Shown here: one piece after another, positions 52,101-64,000 of the stretch
How positions within the stretch are numbered: the stretch's first letter is position 1
How the letters are laid out: each line of letters starts with the position of its first letter
NCBI GenBank assembly: GCA_973895155.1
Contig: OZ316895.1
Coordinates: 13,131,186 to 13,195,185, forward strand
Source: Marsupella aquatica
Taxonomy: Eukaryota > Plantae > Marchantiophyta
Direction: 5' to 3'
DNA: 64,000 nt
Made by a program: the position numbers and the translations under genes
The notes under the pieces: generated by a model
Database searches by the model: none
Told to the model about the DNA's origin: nothing
Seen by the model: only the letters and a program-made list of their open reading frames with translations

Positions 52101-55100
52101 GCCATACCTGAATGGGCCCCCACCTGTTGTATTCATTCCTAGCAACAGGCCAGTGCAGTAGGAGCTTGCACTTAAAAAAATAACAAATAATGAAAAGGGA
52201 TCCGCCTTTGGGCTGTTCTAGGAGTGTGCGAAAGCTTTCACATAAGAAACAAAACAGCCAGAAGGATATTGTCTTTATTGGTTACTGTTGTGATTCTCTC
52301 CTACACTCAATTGAATATGCTTTTGATGATTAAACAAAGCGCTAGTCATTTTCTAAGTTTTTTTTATGGGAATAGGGCACAAAGTGCAAGTCACGGGCGA
52401 CCCTTACGACTTCTTTTAAACCTCATGTTCTAGTAGTATAAAGTTCTATGGGTAGCTTGTGGCACTACCATCTTCCGGTGCCTTATGTTGGAAAATGCAG
52501 TGTTCGAAAATATATATTTTTGGGGTCTTGTGACAAAATATTTATTTGAACTCAAACACAGTGTCTTTTTAGCAGGATGCACGGGCACTGTGTTAAAATA
52601 TTGGCTTTATGTTCAAGCTAAGTAGTTGTGTTTGTGTTTTGACCCTAAAATGTTTTACATTGAGCACCAATGGTAAAAATTCATGAATTATATGACAATT
52701 TCAAACACAAAGCCAATACTTGAACACAATGCCCATTTTTGAACACAATGTCCTTCTAGTACAAAACTGAAAACACTTACTCAAACCTCAAATTCAATGC
52801 CCCGGGTGCACTATTTGAATAGAACCCCCCTTGGCCCACTATTCAAACACAAGGGCCATGGCATTGTGTTTGCATACAGTACAATTCTATGTAGGAAAGA
52901 ACATACAAATGTTTTAAGAATCTTTGAGTATCATTTGATTAGTTCACAGTAAGGGGCAATCTATATATGTTCCACCAGCAAATATTTTTAGAGTGCAAGG
53001 GTTCTAGGACAGGAAGTGAGTGTAAGGAGAGACTCCAGATTCACCTAGGCAAATGAACAGTGACAGGTTAGAGGGGGTGGCAGCTGTGGTTCAATTTTTG
53101 CCTGAAACTTTGATGTGTAATTGGCTGCACTTGATACATAATAGTGACAACAGGTTAATTAGGAGGGCCTTATGCCACTACCAAAGGGCATTTGTCAGGG
53201 CAAGACTTTCTTTACAAACCTTTGGCAGGAACCAGAGTAAGTTAATTTTCTCCCTGTCCAAAGGTGTAAACCAAAGCCCTTGGGAATTATTTAGGACAAG
53301 CCTCCTCCAGGAGAGCTACATATTAAATTAGTCCAACTGTTTGGGTTGTGTTTGATGCCTGTCCAAAGAGAGCGAACTGTTATCAAAATTAGAAAGATTC
53401 TTCATGTATTTTTCCATATGTTGTGGGCTTTGGTGCAAAGGAAAGCACACATGAAAGAATTTGTGGTGATTTCTGTCAGTTGAATTGCCAGTTCTCTCTC
53501 AAGAAACAAAGAAAGCTCTGTGAAAATTTCCCCTCTGATAAGAATAGTCACAGTTAGTGGTCTAGAGGCTTCATTCTAGACTATAAATTGTTACCTAACT
53601 TATCAGATTTGAGAATTATTAGGTAGATGGTGTTGTCTACAATATCACTCAAAATGTTGTTTGTAACAACATCAATGTCATTTGATGGTCAACCTCTTAA
53701 CTTTGAATTTATGTTGGATCAGACGCACCACCCAGTTAACATGACCTGAGGACTTCTACGGACCAAACACAGTTTTACACGAAAACACGCCAGCAAAATA
53801 CAATGGAAACACATCTATCCAATAATATCTCAAGACACTCCATGCAACTTTTACTAATCCATATTGTTATGCATGTAGAATTGAACAAACTCGGAGATTA
53901 TGCGTTTGCCAAATAAGAGTGGACATAATTAAACTCCCTAATTGCTCAAATTTGAAGTGTATTTAGCACTCTCCATACTTACTAAACATGCCATTATCAA
54001 CGCATCTCCTCCACAGTACATTGCCAGCACGCACTAGCTAGCTGAATATGAATTCTTGGTGGATAGTTATCTCATTTGTGGGTGACCCCTACCACAAACA
54101 ACTTGCTGTCTATCCACAGTTGTATTCAATGTGGAAGTGAGGCAAATTTGGAAAACAGATTGAACTTTCTAGACACTGATCAATGATCAGGGTTGTCTGG
54201 GCAGTTCACATATATCTCCACTGGACTTTCGTAACAGGATCAGATGTAAGTTCTGCTGATTTGTTGCATCTGATTGGTTGATATTATAATAACCGATCGA
54301 AGGCTGCAATGTTTCTCACTGAACCAATGACATGTTGAGACATGTCAATGGCTAGACCCAGAGGAGCACATCTGTTCTGGACTTTTGGTCAATTCATGGC
54401 TGATATCCGTTCCTGCTATTTGTAGACATTCTTACTGTTCTCTTGCAAGCCAAAAAGCATGGGTAATTTTCTGCTATGCAATGTTGATGTCCAAAACTTA
54501 ATCAATAAAATGGAGTGCCAGGAGGTTAGAGACAAGCTAGAGCGCATGTAATATGATCTAGTTAGTGACATGTGAGGATGATTAAGGGAACCTTATGGAA
54601 ATTGACCTCCTGGTGAGAAGTAGTAGTTTTTTTGTAAATATGCTCACTATTTAACATAAGAAAACACATGGACATAGTGTGGATACACTAGCTTGGAAAT
54701 CAAACTGAGCACCACTGCCCTTTGTACTGCAACAAACTTGTAACCAGTGATGATGTATATTGGAATGGCTTGGGCAAGCAAGACCCGTGTTTCCTGTCAA
54801 TCACACACACTTTCTAATCTGGAGTCAACAAATTTTGTTGAGGATTTCCAGTCCCTTCTAGCTTCAGATGTAACAGCATGTACATTGCAGCAGGTGGGTA
54901 AGAATGAGCCAGCATAGCTTGACCACCTCAAAATTTGAGAACGCTTCACACAAAAGTCTCGTCTCATGATCTCTGCTATTAAGGTAGTATATATTCTTGG
55001 ACTCATATGACCAAAATACACAACCTGGTAGAGCTCATCTGAAATATACATCCAAGGTCCCTGGCATGTTGAAATTGTCCAGGTCTATTATAAGCTTAGA

Positions 55101-55285
55101 TTATATTTTGAAGACCTCAAACAAGCAACCCAACAGCATTCTCCAGCCTTGACTATTCTCAAAAGGATTCAGATCTAAACCCTTTTTGTGACATAGTATC
55201 AACTGAACACTTTTCCCTGGATTTTTTAATGCTGGGCTGTGTACATGCAGAGGTTCAGAATCCATCAATAGAACCAGTACTTAGC

Positions 55286-56509
55286 TTACAAAACAATGTC
55301 CAAACGGGGTTGAAACAAGAATATAAGATCATCCATGTACTGAAAGTTATTGCTGTACTCGTGGCGATCTATCCACCCCCAAACCTTTTTGACAATGTCA
55401 CAAGTAATGGTAATCTCTGTGAAAGGATTGATGAAGCAAGCATAATCCCCTTCCACATCAAAACGATAAAAAATTCCATTCTCTGGGAGTGCACATAGTT
55501 TTCTTATAAGCTCCTCGGGCATTGCAATCACATGGTCCCATTTTAGTTTCACCATGTCCAATCTCCAAATGTCCACAGTCAGCGTCTTGTCGCTCTTCAT
55601 GACATCGGTCCCTCCAACCAGCATCAAACATCCCTGGTGCTCAAACAAATGCACATGACCCAGGTCAAAGGCTATCTCAGATGACACTTCACTCCAGCTG
55701 GTCTGGAGTGCCTTAAACACACGGTACATCCAACACCATCCAAAAGGCTGCACCATAAGAATGTACAGATCATTCGCAACAAACACTGCATTCTCAATCT
55801 CCAGACAAAGATCAATTTCACTCTGCAAAGTGGTGGCAAGTTCCCAAGATGGAGAACTTCTGCTCATATCATAAACATAAATTTCACAGAACTTTGTTGC
55901 ACCCAAGGGATCTCGTAGGGCAGCACTAGGAGATTCCATTTCCTCGTACTCTGTTTGTTCTGCAATGATTCTATGCATACGTGTTTTCCCATCAGCAACC
56001 ATCCCCAGGATGGTGCAGGTGGAACGGTTGCCTTGCTCTGGTTCTGGTAGGGGCGGGAGTTTCTTTTGAGTTTTGTTTAATGGATTGACAAGGAATCTTC
56101 CCAGGTCTTCCTCTTTGCCTTCCAACAAAAATATGCCTCCTGCAGCTCCTACAACTTGATACTCACCTGGTGAGGGACAACTGGGGAGCAATAGCGAGGG
56201 CGGAATCACGTGCCATTTCCTCAAGGAAAGATTAAAAATTGCTCCTCCACATGAAGTTTGGACAACACAACAAGGCAACCGTGGGGGACAAGGTGGGGAA
56301 CATTTATACAATAGCTCTGAGTTGCGGAGCAACAAGTTCCAGGATTTGCACACCGGTTGCAATCGAAGATTGCTCCACCAAGGTAAATGAGCAAGAATTG
56401 GTGCAAGGAGCTCTTCTGGTAGATTTCTCCACACTTCCGTCTGCATCTCTATTATCTTACTTGGTTCTGATTGTTTGGCCTCTCCTGCTGCTGCTGGAAA
56501 AATCTCCAT
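55286..56509 (-). CDS. F-box protein with probable kelch/beta-propeller C-terminal region; intronless
   Basis: 407-aa ORF. F-box motif WRNLPEELLAPILAHLP...LQPVCKSWNLL. Typical plant F-box/kelch segments VVGAAGGIFLL, VNPLNKTQKKLPPLP, LFEHQGCLMLVGG, IWRLD..WDHVIAMPEEL, FLFQPRL. Confidence 0.9.
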   Translation of the reverse strand: MEIFPAAAGEAKQSEPSKIIEMQTEVWRNLPEELLAPILAHLPWWSNLRLQPVCKSWNLLLRNSELLYKCSPPCPPRLPCCVVQTSCGGAIFNLSLRKWHVIPPSLLLPSCPSPGEYQVVGAAGGIFLLEGKEEDLGRFLVNPLNKTQKKLPPLPEPEQGNRSTCTILGMVADGKTRMHRIIAEQTEYEEMESPSAALRDPLGATKFCEIYVYDMSRSSPSWELATTLQSEIDLCLEIENAVFVANDLYILMVQPFGWCWMYRVFKALQTSWSEVSSEIAFDLGHVHLFEHQGCLMLVGGTDVMKSDKTLTVDIWRLDMVKLKWDHVIAMPEELIRKLCALPENGIFYRFDVEGDYACFINPFTEITITCDIVKKVWGWIDRHEYSNNFQYMDDLIFLFQPRLDIVL

Positions 56510-59277
56510 AGAAGACTGACTGTTGGGATAGATGACAATTGTTTTTATAAGAATCCAACTTACTATGGAGTGGTTGTTGTAACATAAGATGGACTGAATT
56601 AACTTCTCTTGATAATTGTCAGATCCTGATCACATACCTGATGTAGAGGGACATCTTAGGCAATGCAAAAAGGCCAAAACATATTTGCTAGTCAATCGTG
56701 TTTGAAATGTATGTAGGTTAGGCAATCTTTTGCACGATTGAGATAGAAGGTTCACGTGAAAAGGAAATAGATTTCTATCTAGTCTGGAGAATGCTTGGAT
56801 TTCTTGATCGGGGAAAAGTACAACTTGTGCTCTGCTGCTTTCTTAGCTTTCCATTTGGATGTGCTTGGAGGTACTCATAAACCAAAGATGAGACAAGGTG
56901 CACTTTCTGGTCATGCCTCATCACCCTAACGAGGGTTTTTACTCCAGGCCTCCAAAGTTAAGGGGCGCAGCTGTTGCTCTGAGATAGATTCAAGGGCTGA
57001 GATTTTAAGTAAACTAGAAGCCTGATTATGTGATAAGCCTAATAGACCTTTGTAACGTTGATGGGACTATAATTCAAAGACCATAGCTAAGACACATGGC
57101 CTATTGATTTTGCCTACCATTGATTCAAGCAAGGATCATATGATTATCTGGAGGAGAGGTTTTCCCACGAAAGGGAGACGATCTTATGCAAGCTTCTTTT
57201 GACTTACCATCACTTGCAAAAGAGTGTTATTTGGGGGAGGGGAGAGCCGTCATAGGTTCTACAAGAATGATTACAGATCTATAGGGTTGTGATCATGGGC
57301 AATGGCTTTTGGTGTATGTGGAGTCCCATCATATCTTTGTAGTAGAAGGCTGGATAGGTTTTGATATATCTAGCTATACTTTCTCTACTCTAGGAAATTA
57401 TATCAGGTTGACCATATGTTTGGGCGAGGCTAACAGTTGCCTAAGCCAGACCATGTGTAATTGAAGAATTGTTATGCATTGATCACCATTGACACTGGTT
57501 TTTCCGGTCATTCGCATGGAATGCAACAAAACTACTCTCACATCCAAAATTCAATCTGCTGTAGCTTTTCAAGGGCTGGAATAATATTCCAGACTGAAGC
57601 TAGCCAACATTTAGTGTAAGATGTGGCAGGCTATCTGTAAGCTTGCAGAGGTACAAAGCAAGGTGACTGCTCATTGAACAGAAATTGGACACCCTTTCTA
57701 GAGCAGGATACATAAAACATTTATTCGGCCATGAATTGTACCAATCAATCAGTCTGTTTCTTATCCAGAAATAGATGGTTGCTCGTTGAACTGCAGAATT
57801 TATAGAACAATAATACATTAGAGTTAATTAACGGACTAAAATTAGCATTCCATGAATTATATTAGACTTGCTGTTATTATTCTACTTCTTCTTGAAGACA
57901 TAGATGCAGAAAATGTGAGAACATAATTGCAGCTGCACTGGCCTAGAGGTTTGGAAGAGGAATGATCTCTAATTGAAATCTAAATCATTTGTTGGAGCTA
58001 AGGAGGCCAGAATAGTGAGAAAGTCTGCAGGTAGCTCAAGCAAAGGAAACCAAATAGAAACCAGAAGGGTTACAATCCAATTGTACAATTCAAAATCAAG
58101 AGACATTGGCATCCAAATGGTATTCTGATATCATAGCAGAATGGTGAGCATACCAGGGTAACTGACCAAAGAGGGATTGGTCTCTTTGGTTACAATGAAT
58201 TGAACAGATGTATTACACACACTGGCCCAAATACCCACATGTATTCACAGGAAGTTTTGTTCTTTTCTTAGTAGTTAAGTGCATGGGAAATTGGGTACAG
58301 AAAGCCCATCTGCCCGCCCTCCTCTCACCAAACTAAGAAATTATGACCTATGGTTTCACTCTAGAGACTAGGTCATGGAGGTACTTGGAACTTTGATTGC
58401 AGTAGTATAGAAGGATAGTATCCTGCCAGTGCATACTGTTTAGAGTTTTTAAGGTTCCATTACTTGACTTCACTTTGTTAAGTCAAGAAATATTTCTCTG
58501 CTTCCACAGACACTTGTTGAGTGAATTCCTAGCTAAGACAAATGTCTAATAGTTCCTCCAAGAATGCAAGATAGCCAATAGCACCCCCCCAGGTTCCTCT
58601 CTTACTTCCTAGAACTTCCACTTGACATGCAGCTGTGTTATAAGGTGCAGACATCAATGTCAACCTGTTTTGTTTATTGATTGAGTCCATCCCAAAAGCA
58701 AATCATGCTTGTGGCATTACATGATCCACGTGCATAACATTTTCAATCATATTTTGTTAGAACAAGTAGATTTGCAGTCTGTTTTTTCTTGCTAATTGCT
58801 TCAAGGGCCAGAAATAGAAGCTCCCATCAGGTTATTACTTGAGGTGAGCAATTGCTTTATATCAATGTACACTTCCTCTTCCCAGGGAGCCAGAAGACTG
58901 GAATACTTGAGTATATTGTAGGGACTACCAGATAAGTTATTGTCCAAGGCATCTGAATACTACAATATACTATCGAACCCTTTCTTATGGTTTCTACAAT
59001 TTCATTTTGGCAAGAAGCCTCCCTGGCTGTTAAATTACAGTGAGTCTTGTCTTACCATGAGATGGGCCTACAAGTGCCATACCGCACCTTTTCTCCGCCC
59101 AACCAGTCATTCTACCTACAGCTTGTCACAAAACACTATATACTGATGCTATATGATACGCAATTACTATCATTCTTGCTAATGAATTGGACAAAGCTTC
59201 CAATTTCATGGCACTCATTTTATGAGAACACTTTACTTACAATTTGGGATAGACTTGCAATGTCACTCTTTTTATTA

Positions 59278-59505
59278 TCTACAACTATAATAAGTGATCC
59301 CGTTGTTTTTTGTCATTCGTCCCAATACAAAAAAGCTCGTGAGTGGGAAAGATTCACAACCATTGGATTTGTTTGGCTGTTTTTCCTGACCATTGATGGA
59401 AGAAATGGACACCCCTGGGGCATATGTGCTTCCCCACGCTGCCCTAGTCCGACTCCCTATAGACAGGCCTTCCTTGTGCCGTGCAACGCATTTGTATAGG
59501 GCTAG
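59278..59505 (+). mobile_element. Short non-autonomous Helitron (~228 bp)
   Basis: a|TCtacaactataataag at the 5' end and ccgtgcaacgcatttgtatagggCTAG|t at the 3' end. The termini resemble those of the 47816-49618 element. Confidence 0.7.
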
Positions 59506-59775
59506 TTTATCATAATATTTTTGTCTTTGTTTATGAATTAAAAAAATTAACTTGGGCCAGCTCCTCCACATTTGATGGCTATGTTGCACCCCATGGTGTG
59601 ATGAAATGGCTCCAATCCCTCTTTGACTAGTCTCTATGATACAGGGACTGAGAACAGACTAGCATTAGATAGTGGCCGTGTGTAGGATGGGAGGACACCC
59701 TAGCCCACCCATTGGTCGATTTACCCAAGCGTGATTAAAATCAACTTAATCTCATTTAACTGCAAAATTGAACGT

Positions 59776-59877
59776 AATTGCACATCAAAATGTGATAATG
59801 TCAGGTTGCTCACTGATTTTATCATGGGATAGTGTGATATTATATATAGCATATTGTCATATTTGGATGTGCGATTA
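59776..59877. mobile_element. Small hairpin MITE (Stowaway-like)
   Basis: taattgcacatcaaaatgtgataat pairs with attgtcatatttggatgtgcgatta, with TA at both ends. Confidence 0.6.
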
Positions 59878-59941
59878 GGATTTAGGAGAACACTTTAAAA
59901 AATAGGTACAACGATAATCATTGTATATCAAAAAGCTAACT

Positions 59942-60450
59942 TGTTATTAATGCGAGTGTTAACATTTCGATGACTGTAACCTCCATTCGATAACTGAAAC
60001 TCGCATTAATGAGTTTCTATAATTGACCGCATGGACAATTCCAATTGGTGCAGCCTAGCTGCCCCAACTGCCCGAGTCGTCAGTTAGTTACCACAGTGGT
60101 AAAAATAGGATTGTAGGAATATTTCCCTTTGTGGCAAAGGTATTAAGTCAACACTTAATTAGTACCGTAATAAGTACGATTACTGCCACTATAAATATCG
60201 TACCCTCGGTCGCGGAGATAATTCTCTAAGCTGAACTAATAGGACGAAGCTAGTACGTATTACGAGACCCGAGATGGATGCCTGGTTGAATAATGTGCCC
60301 GTGTTGTTGTGCATAGAATTAATACACGCTTATACATAATTATATTCCCTTGTAAGGTACATACTGTACGAGACAAATTAATAAAGTTTAGAGAATAATT
60401 ACAAATACGATTATTTTGAAAGGTCAGCGGAAAAGGAACCCATATCAACA
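59942..60450 (+). mobile_element. Candidate solo LTR (~510 bp)
   Basis: Begins tgtta and ends tcaaca. Contains ctataaata (~60189) and aataaa (~60380) and is CpG-richer than the flanks. The 5-bp flanks (taact / tattc) do not match. Confidence 0.4.
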
Positions 60451-62624
60451 TATTCTTATAGTTTTCTCTTTCTCGGAAGGTGACAAGTCTTTGTGTGAGG
60501 AAGATGATACAAAAATGATTCATTTACAAGTTTTGTTAGATAATTAAATCTACGTTGATGTCACGATAAGCATCATAGTCTGGCTAATGGGGTTCGATGA
60601 GAATCTGGCAAATTCACAAGTGGCAACGACTCTTTGGTGAGGTGAAATTTGTCAAATTTGGCCACAAACCAAATGACCGGATAGACCTTGTTGGGGGAGG
60701 GGGGAGGTGTCTACTTTCACGGACCATGCAGCAGCTTGCTCCTTTATGCACATCAGAAATTTGCCAAGCCTGCCCTTCAGACTAATATGACAGTGGTTGC
60801 GAAGTTTGCTCACCCTCAAGGTGAGTTAAGTTATTCCATTCCCAAGGAGCACTTTTATAGGTGGAGTGGGCACCTCATTTTGGTGGACAAACAAGAATCT
60901 GAAAGAGGAACTTTGCAGCAAAATAGAGCACATCAACCAGCACCTGTCTTGCTCTTCTATCCATGCTTTCATCTAAAGAAGCATAATAACAGGCCCATCG
61001 AGTTCTCCTGAAGTGGATACTGAACTGCAACATGACGCAAAATTGACTGTTTCCCAACTTGCCAATTTTTCTTGTGCCATTGTCTGCAAATCCCTTCCCA
61101 TCTCAGCTACTTTATCATATTTATAAACTGGACACACTGTATTACACTAACCTCTTAATATGTAAATGGTTTGTAAGTGCCTTTCCTTACTTCACCCAGC
61201 CAGGAGTCTGATCAATTAGTACAAGGACCCCTTGGTTATTTAAGTTTGATGGTATTCAACAACTAAGTTAGAGCACATGAAAAAATTGCATACTGGAATA
61301 GCTTTGAATATGGAGATGAAGGGAATAAAGAATAGATTATTCATGGTAGTAGTCCATGCAGAACGTTCCTTTGGTACTCCTATGTCCATAGAGGCCATGC
61401 AAAATGTGTTATAGAAGCCCAAGGGTTTTTTATATTCCTTTAGTATTCTTTTATCCATAGTAGTTGAAGGGTTTCTTATGTTCCCTTGGTGTTCTTTTGT
61501 CCATAGTACCCAAAGGGTTTCTGATGTTACCTTGGTAAATGTTACTATAGTTGAGGAGCTTCTTTCTACCCATGGTTATTCCAAAAATTGATAATTAAAT
61601 ACAAAACTCATACAATCTACTGGAAAACACTGATATGTCAATCACGATCCATCCAAAGATTATTTTCTTTTCACCCCTTTCTTTGCTTATTTGAAAGGTT
61701 ACTTCTTAGTTGTTTGTAAAATTACATGGTCTATCTTTTTTTTCACTTGTCTCAAACACACATAGTCTTGTTTGGTACTTTTTGTATAGCAAACCCTTCT
61801 TGTTTGTGACCAATAGTGCTGATGTGACAGCAAGTGCTTCCAGGGATTTTGGAAAAGCTTCCCATGGGGTCTGTAAATACAACATATTCTACAATAGGGT
61901 TTTCTGCATAGTAGTAGCAACCCTCTCTGCCCCCCCCCCCCCCCCCTCTCCACACACACACAAATCAACAGATTTAGTTGAAGAGGGATGGTGTGCACAA
62001 CTAGCATAAACTTAACTGGCTCTTCAACTAAGAGTCCAACCCATTCTGTACTCTTTGACCAAGAACTTAATCTGATTATAAGTTTCCTCTTATCACAATA
62101 CTACTACTCAATAAAGCTGATTACACTAAGTGCAATTTGGCTTCCCCTTATCAAAATTAAGGATTATTCAGGGGAACCTTTGATAGGGAATACTACATAG
62201 ATTAGACTCTCCCTTTATCTACATTAGTTCTTCTCCTCATATCATAAGTTGCATTGTAGAGGGCAACTCACAGTTGAATACTTACTTTCTCATAGGATAG
62301 GATTTGGCCTGACCGCTCTCATCATAGACTTGGACTCTAGGATTTGTTAGGGGAACTCCTTTTTACCCCAATCATGGGGCTAGACCCCTAGCGTCATGCT
62401 TTATGCCTGGCCCTACAGATTCTTGGACAAGGGCTAGGGCTCCTACCTTTCTCTTTGGGATTCTTGGTGTTGCAGACCTCACTACTCTTTCCAGTAAATA
62501 TATAAATGAATCAAGCGAATTGATCGATTTTTAACCCCACAACTGAAAATATTCCTTAGTACATGCCAGGAGGAGGGAAATCTCAAAGGCAGTAGAACTA
62601 GAACGGAAGGAAAAATCACTTGAG

Positions 62625-62730
62625 GGGCCCTGGTCAGCTCCAGCGGCCAGGCTGACTTGTGACCAACACTTCTCAAGTTGATTCTGGGGCCAGGTCAGCT
62701 GAAGTTGCCAGGGATGACTTGTGACCAACA
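62625..62730. repeat. Diverged direct duplication (~62-bp period)
   Basis: ggggcc..ggtcagct.......gccagg..tgacttgtgaccaaca occurs twice. Confidence 0.75.
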
Positions 62731-63296
62731 GGTCTGAACCATCTCAAGGAAGTTTAATGTCATGCTCCACAGGTGCTTGTAGTTGCTGTAACTATTCATA
62801 TAAGAAAAAGATAATATAGAAATCAGGGGGTTTATCCACTTGGAAGCCACTTGTGCTGCTTGCTCATGGGCAGTTTCTTCTTTAAAACTAGAAGAAAATA
62901 TGAGAAAAGGGGAAGTTTTTCTGTAAGGGAACATAGAAAATGATGTTGACTATGATTTTGTTTGCAATTACAGTTCCTTTTCACAATCCACGAAATACAA
63001 GATTATTTGTTATGTAAGCTTTAATAGTGGATTTTGGATGGACTGGATGGTTTTTTAAGTGGAAGGGTCACAGTGCACTGATTGGTTTCAGACTGCCATT
63101 GGCAAAACTACTGACGGGGTCCCAAAAAAAACATGAGGGCCAAGCTAATTAAGGGACCAGAAGACTGAAACTTGCAGCACCTCCAAGTGACTCAACACAA
63201 ACCCCCAGCAGCAACAGCTCAGACCTTGGTTTGGAAATGAATCATCATCGGCCCTCTACAGACAGAAAGACGGGCAGAAAGATAGTGGATCCATTA

Positions 63297-63555
63297 GGGC
63301 ATCTCAAAGTTTCAAAAGTATGCATGATGGCATTTGGCCGCAAAAGAATGGTTGTAAAGTTTTCACAAGGTTATGTAAATTTATTTTGTTTTTTCTGTCA
63401 CCAGCCTCTATAGTGACAGATGGTAACATCACATTAGCAAGACCAATCCTTATGGAAAAAAGTTAAGGACTATGAATTTCATTTTTTAACATTTTGTTTC
63501 CATAACCTGTAACTAGTGAGTTAAGGTCCACCAAATTGTCAGCTTTGAGATGCCC
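63297..63555. mobile_element. Tourist/PIF-Harbinger-like MITE
   Basis: TIRs gggcatctcaaag / ctttgagatgccc. Flanks are TTA (left) and TTG (right, one mismatch from a TTA duplication). Confidence 0.7.
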
Positions 63556-64000
63556 TTGGATGAAGATACTAGCTACATATGAGTGGGTACTTATTTCACC
63601 CAACACTACTCTGACTACATTTAACTCCAGTGAATGGGTTGAATGCTTATTGACAGGCTAATAGACTTTTCTCGCTCATTGACTAGACCATTTTAGATCA
63701 ATGTGACTCGGGATGTGACTTTTGACTTGCTAGTATAAAGTGACTCAAACCTCTCAGTAAACACATAAGTTTTTGTATATGTTTGTTTGTAAAAAATGTT
63801 TTACATCCATTTGGTTGCAAATAAAGTTTTGCCTCAAATATTTTCTCTAGTGTTGCTTTCTTCATTTCGAGCCACTTTTTGTCAATTAAGTGGCCTCGGG
63901 TCATGCTTGAATTCTGTGACATGTTCCTCTTCAGAAAGTTTTGAAAATATTGCACAAAAATGGGCACACAAATGGTCACAAACTTTGCGAATAGTTTCAG

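Noticed and set aside
54797-55051. 84-aa ORF downstream of the F-box gene as a paralogous fragment
   Set aside because: No convincing motif similarity by eye; would need BLASTx.
61974-62031. 12-bp stem hairpin ttagttgaagag/ctcttcaactaa as pre-miRNA
   Set aside because: The stem is too short and matches no conserved plant miRNA that I recognise.

Overview
This is eukaryotic land-plant nuclear DNA with GT-AG introns. An ALDH21-type gene suggests a non-seed plant such as a bryophyte (inference). There are five protein-coding genes: an 11-exon organellar prolyl-tRNA synthetase (+), an 8-exon ALDH21 aldehyde dehydrogenase with an unexpected ~96-aa transit-peptide-like N-extension (+), an 11-exon OSCA1/CSC1 channel (+), an intronless O-fucosyltransferase (-) and an intronless F-box gene (-). 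The rest is repeat-rich. It holds a young 5'-truncated CRE-like (RLE-type) non-LTR retrotransposon with a 26-bp TSD inside a ~95-bp tandem array, two non-autonomous Helitrons (one composite, carrying a 35-bp minisatellite), several MITE/foldback elements, candidate tRNA-derived SINEs, a candidate solo LTR and several tandem repeats. I found no rRNA, intact tRNA, snRNA or CRISPR array. All calls were made by eye without database searches, and nothing here proves a new biological system; the best leads are listed as findings.
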